Positions 27,901 to 39,900 of a stretch of DNA of 63,769 nt are shown one piece after another (the first letter of the stretch is position 1; each line of letters begins with the position of its first letter). Both the position numbers and the translations under genes were made by a program. Source of the DNA: Negaprion brevirostris (taxonomy: Eukaryota); the NCBI GenBank assembly GCA_030324005.1, contig JARDVH010000031.1:52586832-52650600 (forward strand), read 5' to 3'. Below the pieces are notes generated by a model. It searched no databases. It was given only the letters and a program-made list of their open reading frames with translations, and had not been told where the DNA came from.

Positions 27901-30900
27901 NNNNNNNNNNNNNNNNNNNNNNNNNNNNNNNNNNNNNNNNNNNNNNNNNNNNNNNNNNNNNNNNNNNNNNNNNNNNNNNNNNNNNNNNNNNNNNNNNNNN
28001 NNNNNNNNNNNNNNNNNNNNNNNNNNNNNNNNNNNNNNNNNNNNNNNNNNNNNNNNNNNNNNNNNNNNNNNNNNNNNNNNNNNNNNNNNNNNNNNNNNNN
28101 NNNNNNNNNNNNNNNNNNNNNNNNNNNNNNNNNNNNNNNNNNNNNNNNNNNNNNNNNNNNNNATTTTGAAATTGTGTGTTGTAAAATCAGGTGAGAAAAG
28201 GTGACTGTGAAACCAATGAGTTTCACTCAGCTTTTCCCTCGTGATCCATCACACTGTCTGGGGAAAATTTCACCCATGGTTTTTTAAACCTAAAAATAAT
28301 TTTATGCATTTCTGTTAAAATTGATGTCAGTGATTTTGTGTAAGATGTTGAGGTAAAACATTGACTTTGTTTTGTGGCAAATGCTGGCAGCTGGTCTGCT
28401 GCCAGGACTTTATGTTTAGTCCATTAAAATTAATTTACAAATGTCCTTCATATAGAAGCAGCTACGTCAAGATGTGTTTATCAATGCTGACAATAAAGGC
28501 ATGAGTTAAAATGCAGGAATTTTAAAACACAGCTGGACAAAAACCTTTTTAAAATTGGTGTCCGTGACATATTTACAATTGCCTCAGGTTCAGATCAGAC
28601 CACTCCTTGTTTATAAACTTACTGCTGATGTATTCCTGTTCCTTCAGATCTCTGATACTCAGCAAGTCTCCTCCTTGTGCTTGACATGAAGCACGGGCCT
28701 CATTCCAAGACAGAAGAGCCAGGAGATTAAATTGATAGCAAGTCTGTGAAATGGGATCCTTTTCCCAAACCATATCACATCCGGGATCTATAAAAAGCAA
28801 AACAACAATCAGTATTTGTTGGAAGTTAGAAATTTTAAACTGCAAATGGTGCACAACTTTCTTAAACTCTTACCTAAATTTGGACAAAATCCCCATACTT
28901 CATCGACATCATAGCTGCTGGTAGTTGCACACCAAAAGAGTTTATCTTCTCTTCCTTCATTAGTGCAGTCGTAGTACCATTTATTATTATATTTAAATGG
29001 CAGAGCACAAGGCATCCCACGGGAGTTTCCAAGTACAGTATGAATTTCTGAAGAACAAAACATTAAGGAATTTTTTTTACCAACGCTCATATACTTTCTG
29101 AATTCAAATATCTGTTAAATCTACATAATCTGTTAAAGTTCTGTCTTATCATCAATGTAATAACCTTCAAGATCTATCAGTACTGCCACATGGACTTGTA
29201 GTGAGTCCAAATAATATTCTCATGTAATTCCAGACTTTCCAATAAGTAGTGTTGACCAAACAAAAAATCTTTGGATTGTGCAACTGTGAGCATTGAGTAG
29301 GAGAAAGAAACTGCGCTGTTACAACTGATAGCACTGAATACCGCATCTCCCAGGTGGTATTCTTACTATAGCATGTTCCCCTACTACAAATACTTATTGG
29401 CTGAAAAGTTTTCTATACAAAACTAAACTGTTAACATTGAAGAATAAATTTTATTTGAGAGTTCACCCAATGGAACCGAAGGTTTCTCGGCAGTCTTTAG
29501 ATAGTTTTGATGGTCTTTGAGTATCCTTTAAGATGTTATAAAATCAATTGTAAGTTGCACATATTGCAAGAAAGATTAAGTTGTTTTACATCAAGATTGT
29601 AATTGGGAATATAAAGTGTATTCCAAAAGATAAAAGAGCCTGGGACTATTTTTTCTTCCCTCCTAGTTATGGTGCTGAATGGGCAGATTCAGGCAATGTG
29701 TGCTCAGTCTGTTGGTGCTTCTGTGCATTTAGAAGGAAAGATCCAGTTATTTGGCTAGAGCAAGCCCACTCCCTGCCAAGAATTTGCTTGGAAATCAGGC
29801 TGAAGGTGCAAGACTGATTGGAACTAGCAGGCTTAAGGCCAAAGGGTCCTTAAATGTTCTATAAGTATAATCCAATCTAGTGGAGAAGTCCAAGAACAAG
29901 GTCCTTGGGATGTTCCTACAAAATCAGACTATTTACAGGGGCATAACTCTGAAATATTTCCCCCAAATATTTAGCGCCTCTATACATAATACATATATGC
30001 ACATTGAGATTATGAAATTCAGTTCCGAACAAATGCAGAATCTTGCACTTATGAAGCTTCTTTGACACTCTCAGGACATTGCAGTATAGTTATTGTAATG
30101 GAGGAAAATGCAGCAAGCAATTTGTATACACATTAGGTCCATAAATATCAATTAACATAATGATAACATAATCTGTTTTAATAATGTAGTTTCATGGATA
30201 CAATTGGCTAAGACCCAAGGCGAACACCCCTGTTTTTCTTCAAATAACAAGATGGTATATTTTACATCCATTCAAGGGAGACAGACCAACATCTGACCTG
30301 AAAGACCCAGCCGTAAGTTTACCACCCTGCCCACACAGGAAGCGGAGCCGGTGAAGGTCCTTTGACTTTATGCAGGATTTTATGGTTTTNNNNNNNNNNA
30401 AAGCTGTAAAGTCCTACCCTGGCTATCTCCAACATCTCAGCCATTCCTCACTGAAGCATAAATTGAGGCTCTGGGCTCAAGATTCAGGAGTAGACCCAAA
30501 CCTACAAACTTCTGACTCAGGCAAATGTGCTGTCACTGAGCCAAAGTTGAAACCATGGACTCTTATCAGCTCCATGGAGACAGGATTGAAGGTGAAGAAA
30601 AATTTGAAAATAGTACTTCCCATTCCCACCTCCAAGCAAGCTTGGCAGAGATAGGGCCAATTCATTAGCAACGGGTTGTCAATTAGACCAATTAAAGGTT
30701 CAGTGAGGGAAAATTCCAGAAAAAAATCTTCCCAATGTTGAATAGGTCCTTTCTGGTGAGGCTGAATTGTGTGGCAGGTACACCTGCCGTCAAAAGCAGG
30801 CTGGGAATTGCTGACTCCTCCTCTTCATTGCCCCAGCAATATGAGCTGCAGCAGTGAGATGTGAATCACTCTGTGGCCATTCTTTATCTCTGAATTTTCA

Positions 30901-33900
30901 AAAGGCACCCTCACTGTCTGTCACCTACCTCAACAGCTGCCATCCATCTTCCTGTGAGCTGCCGACCATCCAGAGTTCTGGGTCCTCTGATTGAACCACC
31001 TGGTGTACTGAGTTGGATGACAAATGTGGAGGCAACTTGTAAATTGCCCCCAGAAGACTGCAATGCTGCCCAGCCAGGGCTACACCAGTTGGGACTGGGA
31101 CTTGCTTTTGGTCGCGATAACAGGAACATTTTTAAATTAGTAAGAGTCCACCTCATCTTACGAAGGCATGTGACATGGATGTTTTGATTTGATTTATTAT
31201 TGTCACATGTATTAGTATACGGTGAAAAATATTGTTTCTGGCGCCTTATACTGACAAAGCATACCGTTCATAGAGAAGGAAACGAGAGAGTGTGGAATGT
31301 AGTGTTACAGTCATAGCCAGGGTGTAAAGAAAGATTAACTTAATGGGAGGTAGGTCCATTTAAAAGTCTGACAGCAGTAGGGAAGAAGCTGTTCTTGAGT
31401 CGGTTGGTGCGTGATCTCAGGCTTTTGTGTCTTTTTCTCGACGGAAGAAGGTGGAAGAGAATAGATTACAGATTCTCAAGAGTCAGCCTTCACAAACATT
31501 CCCAAGTTCTCTCACTTCTGCATTCTAACAGTACTGCAGGTGGCTTTGATTAAAGCACTCCCTTGCTCTCCTGGTCTCACTAGCTAAATAATGCCGATTC
31601 TTGGCAGATGGTACAATCCACTTACAGTGGCAGCACAGCATGGTTTATCCCAGTCCAGGTCACCATTCCCTTGAATTTCTTTTCAGGCAGCAATATGTGA
31701 CTTACGCTGTTCCAGCCACATAGTAGCTCTCTCAATTAATTATACAGTATACCGATGCAGTATTCAATTCTGATCGTACACAGTGAAACAAAAGAAAAAG
31801 AGGGCAATATTCAATTCCACAGAACAGCAGAATTCTCACAGACATAAGGAGCAACTGAGTGAAAGCAGATAGCACTGTATGATAATCCCCTCAATGTTAT
31901 AAATAGAACAAACTCTCATTCTATGCACATGCAGCAAAAATGCAACAGCAATGACCTTATTCTACTTGCGCATGCCATAAATCCAGAAAGCTGCCAACAC
32001 ACTGTCATCTAACAATTCACCACTCCAGTACTCTCAACTCGCAAGCATGTATCAAGATAGTAGATTAGCATTCAAAACTACTTCCTGCAGTTATGGTTAA
32101 TGACTCTTACAAAGGTGCTGCAGCTGGAGGACATAAAGAAATCCCAAATCTCGGACAAAAGGGTGCATGCCTGCACTCTCACGTTGGAAGGGAGGGAAGT
32201 TGACCTTGCCGAATTCAGTATAATCAGATCATTAACACAATTAGAATGCAGTACGTCCTCTCTGCATTTTCTACGTGTGCAGGAAATGCTATGGCAAGAG
32301 ACAAGCGAAGAGTTTGAGAGGTTGAACTGGATAGCTCCCGAACGCAGGATAAATGCAAGTTACTGCGGATGCTGGAATCTGAAACAAAAGAGAAAATGCT
32401 GGAAAATCTCAGCAGGTCTGGCAGCATCTGTAAGGAGAGAAAAGAGCTGACCTTTCAAGTCCAGATGCCCCTTTGTCAAAGCTCAAATAGGCAAAGCGGG
32501 ACGTGTGTTTTGCTTGTTTGGAAACTGTATCTTCTCTTGTATTGCATCGGAACCCCCATGTCATCTGCACATGCAGGCACAGTTCGCAAGCTGTTCCCTT
32601 TCTCAGGAGGCAGGCCGACACGGTGACTAGTGATGGAATCTGCTTTGAATAATAGCACTTGAATGCAGATGGGAATGCCACTTTAACTGGGTGGGATCGT
32701 CTTACCGGGTGGACAGCCAGCTGACAAAGCACAAAAAGATGCTTTTACCTTTTGGCTCCCGACTACCATAAAATAAAAGGGAATGCAAAAAGCATCACAA
32801 AATTAACTTAGCCAAGCCCCCAGGACACTTACTGTGGCATCTGGGCAATTACGTGCTACTGTGGTAGGTCATTCATCAATCAGTTGGATATATTTAACCT
32901 TTCTTGTGGATCAAGACTCCTCACAGATTGTGGATCAGGCTGAATGCCACTGGCAGCTGGACTGAAGCTCGTTTAACTGCTTCCGGACTGTCGCAGTGTT
33001 TCTTTTCTTCATTTGCTTGTGCTGATTTGTGCCAAGGTGGTGTTTAACCAGGGTTTTCGCTTGCATACTCTTTGTTCATGAACCCCAAGCAGCATGTTGG
33101 GAAAAGACTGTTCTCCCAGGGTGGACATCACAGCCCTGCTCTCGCCTGATGAGAGTTCGCTCAAGAGCAGCTTGCCTTTATGTAGCATCATTAATGTTGG
33201 AGAACATGCCAAGGTGCTTCACAGGAGCATTATTTGGACACCAAATCTTGTACGATCATTGGCCAAACAAACCTATTGAAAGATTTCAGGTTTTAAGGAG
33301 CATCAGTGGGAGGAGAAACAGAGAGAGAAAGAGTCTTGGCATGACTTATGAAGGGAATTCCAAAGCGTGCGCACGTGCGCACGCAAGGATATATTTTGCA
33401 CCATTGCTCTTAGCTACATACCCACATTGTTTCTTGTATAAACAGAAGGATAAAACAATAGTTATTTAGATCATACTTAAGAAACAAGAAGTCTTCCATC
33501 TTGACACCAAAAGCCAAGGAATTCTCTTGTGCTGTTGCCAACCCTATTGCTTGGCAAACCATTATCCTTTTCAGTTTGCCACCTCAGCCTCAATTCAGTT
33601 GGGCGGCACATTGACCCTCTGCTGAACCCTGTTCCGCTTTCTGCCCCTTGTCTCAGATAAAGCACCAAGAGTCTTTTTTTCACCTGAGATATAAATCTCC
33701 TCTCTCCTCTGCATTGAACCTCCAGGACATTAATTAATAGTAAGTGTCCCGGGGGCTTGGCTATAAATTAATTTTGCGAGGCTTAAACCCTTTACATTTC
33801 CTTTTGCTTTACAGCGCTACATGTATTTGCGTAGTACATTTCATAACTTCAGGACTTCACAAACTGAAATACTTTTGAAGTGTAGTCATTGTTGTAACAT

Positions 33901-36900
33901 AGGAAATGCAGGAGCCAATTTGCACACAGCAAGGTCCTACAGACAAGAATAAGATAAGGACCAGATTATCTATCTTTCTGTTTTTATTGATTGAGAAATG
34001 AGCATTGGCAAGAAATGAGGTGGAACTCACTTGCNNNNNNNNNNNNNNNNNNNNNNNNNNNNNNNNNNNNNNNNNNNNNNNNNNNNNNNNNNNNNNNNNN
34101 NNNNNNNNNNNNNNNNNNNNNNNNNNNNNNNNNNAGGAGGGGGAAGGGGAAAGCATAGGGGGAGAAAAAGTAAGAAAAGAGAGGACAAAATCAGGGGAAA
34201 GAGTTGAGGAGAAAGAAAAATGAAGAAAGACAATAAAGAAATAAAAGGTAGAGAACATTTAAAAAAATGAAAACAAAAAGGTTAGGGTGGGGTAGAGCTA
34301 ATCTTCTGAAGTTGTTGAATTCGATGTTGAGATGGGAAGGCTGTAATATGCGTAACCGAAAGATGAGATGCTGTTCCTCCAGTTTGTGTTGAGCTTCACT
34401 GGAATATTGCAGCAAACCGAGGACAGACATGAGCATGGGAGCAGGATCATGTATTAAAATGGCAAGCAATGGAAGGTCAGGGTCCTGATTGTGCACAGAC
34501 CGAAGGTGCTCAGCAAAGTGGTCTTTTGCCTGAGTTTTGCCATTCACACCTTCTATGCACTGCCATTAATAGTCTTTCCCCTTGTTCCTGTGGCTATGAC
34601 TCATCTTTCATTCCCTCACCCCTACAGTATAAATATCTCCCATTTTCTATGCCTTTTAGCTTTGAAAAAAGGATCGTCTGGACTCGAAATGTCAGCTCCT
34701 GTCCTTACAGATGCTGTCAGACCTGCTGAGATTTTCAGCATTTTCTCCTTTAGCATCTGAACACAGCGCCATGTGAAATTCATCTGCATCAATTCAGTGA
34801 CATGCAGGCTGCCCAATTATAAGTGATTGCTTGGTGCAGCCAGTATTAACTCCAGTGGTTATTGGCTGTACACATCAATAGATGGCCCAAAATCTTAACT
34901 TTCAAGCACCAGCTTAAACTAGCCTGAGATGAAAGCTTGAAACTTTTAAAGAGAAGACACACTGTGGCTGGAACCCATGCAGGGAGTCACAACAGGATGT
35001 GAATTCAACCCCTGACTGAGCTTGCAATGATCACATCCTGATTGAAGCAACAGACATCTCGCTTATGTTTGCTTGCTGAGATTCAGGTGGGAGCCTTGCT
35101 CCCTGAATACCCTGGGCAGATGTGTCTCTTGCTGAGATCCTTCCTCCTCCTCCCTCTTGCAGCATTCTCCTGATAGTTGTGGTCTCTGTTCGTTCTCTCA
35201 GTCATGATCGATTCCAATAGGGAAATCTAGTTTGTACGTATGTTGTAAAGTCAACAAAAAGTCCTTTAGCGCCTGCTGCACCACTCTAGGCATTTATAAT
35301 GTGAAACAACCACAGAAAATACCACACACCTGAGGAATCATAGCAATAAACAGAATAAATCAATCACCCACCAGCTCATGTATAAGGATTTAATGATCTC
35401 TTAAAAAATCTTGGCAGGGATCCTTCCTGCTGTTGAACACATGTTCAGCTATGAGATGGCGTTGCTGGAGCACTAAGCCAGTGTCAAATCATTGCTGTAC
35501 ACTGACTGAAATCAAAATCTGCTTGCTCTGCGTACTTCTAATGGACATTCAACGTGTGCATACAACACCAACAAGGCATTCGCTCCACAAGAATGCATGC
35601 ATATTGCTTTGAATCTTTCATGGTTCAGGTAGTGCCTAAGAAAAGGTGATAATGAGCCCATTTTCTCATTCTCCGACTGCAGCAATTCTTAGAAGGTCAA
35701 AACTTTAATTGCTGATGTTCCTTTCTTTTCAAACTGTTATAGCTGACTGTGAGAAAAATGATTACGTACCCAGGCCCAAGTTCTAGAACTGCCTGCTTCA
35801 CAGAAACTTTGGAAATGCTGTAATGGTCTCCATTTCTGGAGAAAAGGAGAACATTCCTACAACATGCAGCAGGATAGGGAGGAGGTTCAGAAAAGGTTGA
35901 ATGTGGTTACCTGTGTACATGGACCTTAGGAGGTGAATGAGTGCTTGCATTATACATGCACCAAGCAATGAGTTCACAATATGTTGCCATAATTATTTTC
36001 TGCTATTCAACAGGTAATTTACTTTAACAGGGTGATTCTTCTTAAATGGCTACTGGAACCTATTAATCGGCTGCATGAGAGGAAATACTGCTTCCCACTG
36101 TCCAATCTTAGTGATTGGTTGTTGTACAATGACAAATTTATGTAACACCATTAACATAATAAAATGATCCATGGTGTTTCATTATGAAGCAAATTTTGAT
36201 ATCAAGCCACATAATAGGCACTGGATTAGATGGCCAAAGGCTTGGTCAAAAAGCTAGGTTTTAGGGAGCATCACCAAAGAAGAAAGAGAGATGAAGAAAT
36301 GAGAAACGTAAGGAGGAAATTCCAGAGCTCAGGGCAGCTAACGGCACAGGCATCAATAGTGAAGTGATTAAAATAATGGAATTCAATGAATGTAGATATC
36401 TCGGAAGGTTGTAAAGCTGAGATTACAAAATTAGGGAGCGGTGAGGCCATAGAACAATTTGAAAACAAGGATAAGAATTTTAAAATCAAGATGCTGAGAA
36501 CCAATGTAGCAAGCACAAAGGTGATAGGGGAACAAAACATGTTTTTTATTTGTTCATTGACTGTGGGCTAGGCCAGCATTTATTCCCCATCCTTGATTGC
36601 CCTTGAGAAGGTGATAGTGAGTTGCCTTCCTCAACTGTTGCAGTTCATGTGCTGTGGGAACATCCACAGTGTTATTAGGAAGGGTGTTCTAGGATTTTGA
36701 CCTAGTGATAGTGAAGAAAAGGTGGCATAGCTCCAAGCCAGGATGGTGGGTGACTTAGAGGGGAACTTGCAGATGGCAGTGTTCCCATGCACTTGCTACC
36801 CGTGTCCTTCAAGGTTGTCGTGGGTTTGGAAGGGGATGTATAAGAAGCATTGGTGAGTTCCTGCAGTGCATCTTATAGATACTACATGCTTTTGCCACTA

Positions 36901-39900
36901 TGAGTATGTGATGGAGGGAGTGAATAATGAATGGGTCGCCCATCAAGCTGGCTTCTTGAGTGTTGTTGGAGCTGTATTCATACAGGCAAATAGACAGTAT
37001 TTCATCATACTCCGACAGGCTTTGGAGAGTTATGTGGTGAGCTACTTGCAGCAGGATTCCTAGCCTCTGGCCTGCTCATATCGAGACAGTATTTATATGG
37101 TTGGTCTAGTTTAGTTTCTCAGTCAATGGTAGCTGCCAAGATGTTGACAATGAGGGATTCAGCAGTGGTATATATTTTTTCATCTCACTGGATGTGGGTG
37201 TCACATTTATTGCTCTTGAACTGAGTGGCTACATTAGGCCAGACCAGGTAAAGGTGGCAGATTTTCACATCAGTGAACCAGATGGGCTTGTACAAGAATC
37301 AACAATTCAGTTGCAGATTTTTTTTAAGTATTGAATTCAAATTTCACCCCAACATTTCTCTGGGTCTTAGGATTACTGGCCCAGTGACAATACCACTATG
37401 CCACCCAATGAATGCTATTGAATATCAAGGGGAGATGGTTAGATTTTCAGAGTAGTACTTGCCACGAAATTGCCCAAACTTGAATTTACCAAAGTCCTGA
37501 TGCTTATGGACATGGACTACTTCAATACCTGAGGAGTCATGAATGGTGCTAAACATTGTGCAATCATCAGCGAACATCCCCACTTCTGATGTTGTCATGG
37601 GAGGGAAGATCTTGATTCAAGTTAAGTCATGGGCAGCAGTGTTTAGGATGACCTCAAGTTTGCCGAGCATAGAACAGGCCAGACAGGAGAGTTTTGGACT
37701 CGTCAGGTCTCAAAGCAACAACATGAATGAGGGTTTCAGCAACAGCAGAGTTGCAGACAGCGGGGTGCTGGGGTTGGAGTTCAGTAATATTATGAATGTG
37801 GAATAAGTGGTCTTAGAGGTGATGCTGATATGTGGACGTAATTCATCTTAGGGTCAAAAGCCACTAAGGTTGTGAATAATCTGGTTCAGCATCAGATAGC
37901 TGCTAGGGAGAGGATCAAGACAGTAGCTGGGGAATGGAGCTTTGAACGGGACCAAAATCAATGGCTTTGGCCTTGCAATATTTAGAGAAAATTACTTCTC
38001 ATCTTGTACTTGTTGTTGGATAAGTAGTCTGATAGCCTACTGACAGTGGAAAAGTCAAGAGAGGTGGTAGTGAAGTAGATCTGGGTGTTAGTGTATATGT
38101 GAAAACTGACAGTGTTTTCAGATGATGTTATTGAGGGACAGCATGTAGACGAGAATTAAGGGGAAAGAGGGCAAGGTTAGATCCTTGTGGACACTATATA
38201 GAATGATGTCAGAATGGAAAGATATACTTTGACTATGATAAGACAGACAAAAATGAACCAGAGAGTGCGGTTTCATTCTGCTGGATGACATTGGAGATGC
38301 ACTGAAGGAGGATAGTGTTTTAGAGTGTGGACAGTTTGATAAAACGAGGAGGGATGAATTACCTTCATAACAGATCCATAGGATATCATTTATGACTTTG
38401 ATTAAAGATACTTGTAGATTGTGACAGTGGCAGCAGCCAGTTTGAAATTATTCAAACATGGATTTGTCGGAAAGATAGGCATGGATTTGGGAATTTCAAA
38501 GATTTTAGAAGGAAAAGGAGAGTGGAGGTGGGATAGCAGTTTGTATGGACAAGGGCTGTTTTTTTGAAAAGCAGAGTACAAGGAGTTTTGAAGGGAGAGA
38601 GAATTGTTCACAATATCAACTAGTATGGGAGCCGGAGGAAAGGTGAATGGTTAGCAGTTTAGTGGGAATAACAGCAAGGGATAAGGGGGTGGGTCTCATG
38701 TCCAAAATGAGGTTGGAGTGGGGATATGTGGAATAGAAGGGAAACTAGAGAAAGTTGCAAGTTCAAGGCCAAAACAGTGGAAAGCCATAGAAGAGTTTTG
38801 GTCTGGTGGCTTGAGTACAGACAGCTGAGTCTCAATCTGAGTAATAATCTAAAGAAGTTCATGAGTCTTTGCAATTACAATTGGAGATGAGTGCAAAGTG
38901 CAGAGAAGATAGGGAAGGGTAGTTTAAAAACATAGACAAGAACTGACACAGATTCACTAATTAAGTTGACCTCCAGAAGCTGTCTTCCTTGAGGGAAATT
39001 TTAATTGTTGCGGTTTTCTCAGAGTCTGCCTGGAAGGCAGATATATGAAAAATATGGTCTAAGGAGTTGATAGTGGGTTTAGAGAACTAAAGTTTATATT
39101 TAGATACAGACTTGTGGCCTGTAAACACCCTAACTTCAATTGCACCCTGGCACTGTGCTCTTCCATGAACAAGAATAGCATCCACATGGCAGAAAATGTC
39201 AACCAGTCCTTCCAGAATGCCAGTCATGGTACATTGAAGGGTCTTGGGCACTGAGGCAATGCCACATAATAGGGAGTTAAAATAGTACAGCTAAAGGGCA
39301 TGATAAAAGTGGTCAACAATGTTGACTAATCATCTAATTGGAATGCCAGAAGTTGCCACTAACATCAAATTTAGTGAAAACTGGGCTCCTGGCAACTTCT
39401 CCAATCCTTTCTTGACTGATGCCATGGGGTGCATTTCTCTCTCTCTGGTCTTGTTCATGTTCAGGAGGTCCACACAAAAAAGTGAGCCGTTAAGCTTGAT
39501 TACAGCTACCATGCTGGAGCCGCAAGCAATACGTTGTGTTACCAGTGATATCAGGCAACATGGAATCAATCCCTTGCCTCACCTTTTCCAAGAGAGGGCG
39601 GGGGACCTTTTGTGGGTCCAATAAACACACCACCTTGGCATCTGGCTTTAAAATAATGCAATAAACTGTGCGGAGTTTCCCCAGACCCATAAACAATTTT
39701 GCAAACTGCCCTTTTGAATTTACCTGGTTTGTATATTGTTCAGCTCTTTGACCTTGTGAAGAAGAACAGATTTGCACAGGTTCACTGGCTCAGCAATAAG
39801 CATTCTGATTTGGAATAATGTGGAGAATTTCTGTAGTTTCTCTTCCACTATAGTAGCAGCCATCTGGCCTTGCACCTTGAATGGAGTGCCCATTGGATCG

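Noticed and set aside
27135-28226. Long ORFs of 302-363 aa in the ORF track
   Set aside because: Artefacts of translating through an N gap; the same applies to the other X-containing ORFs.
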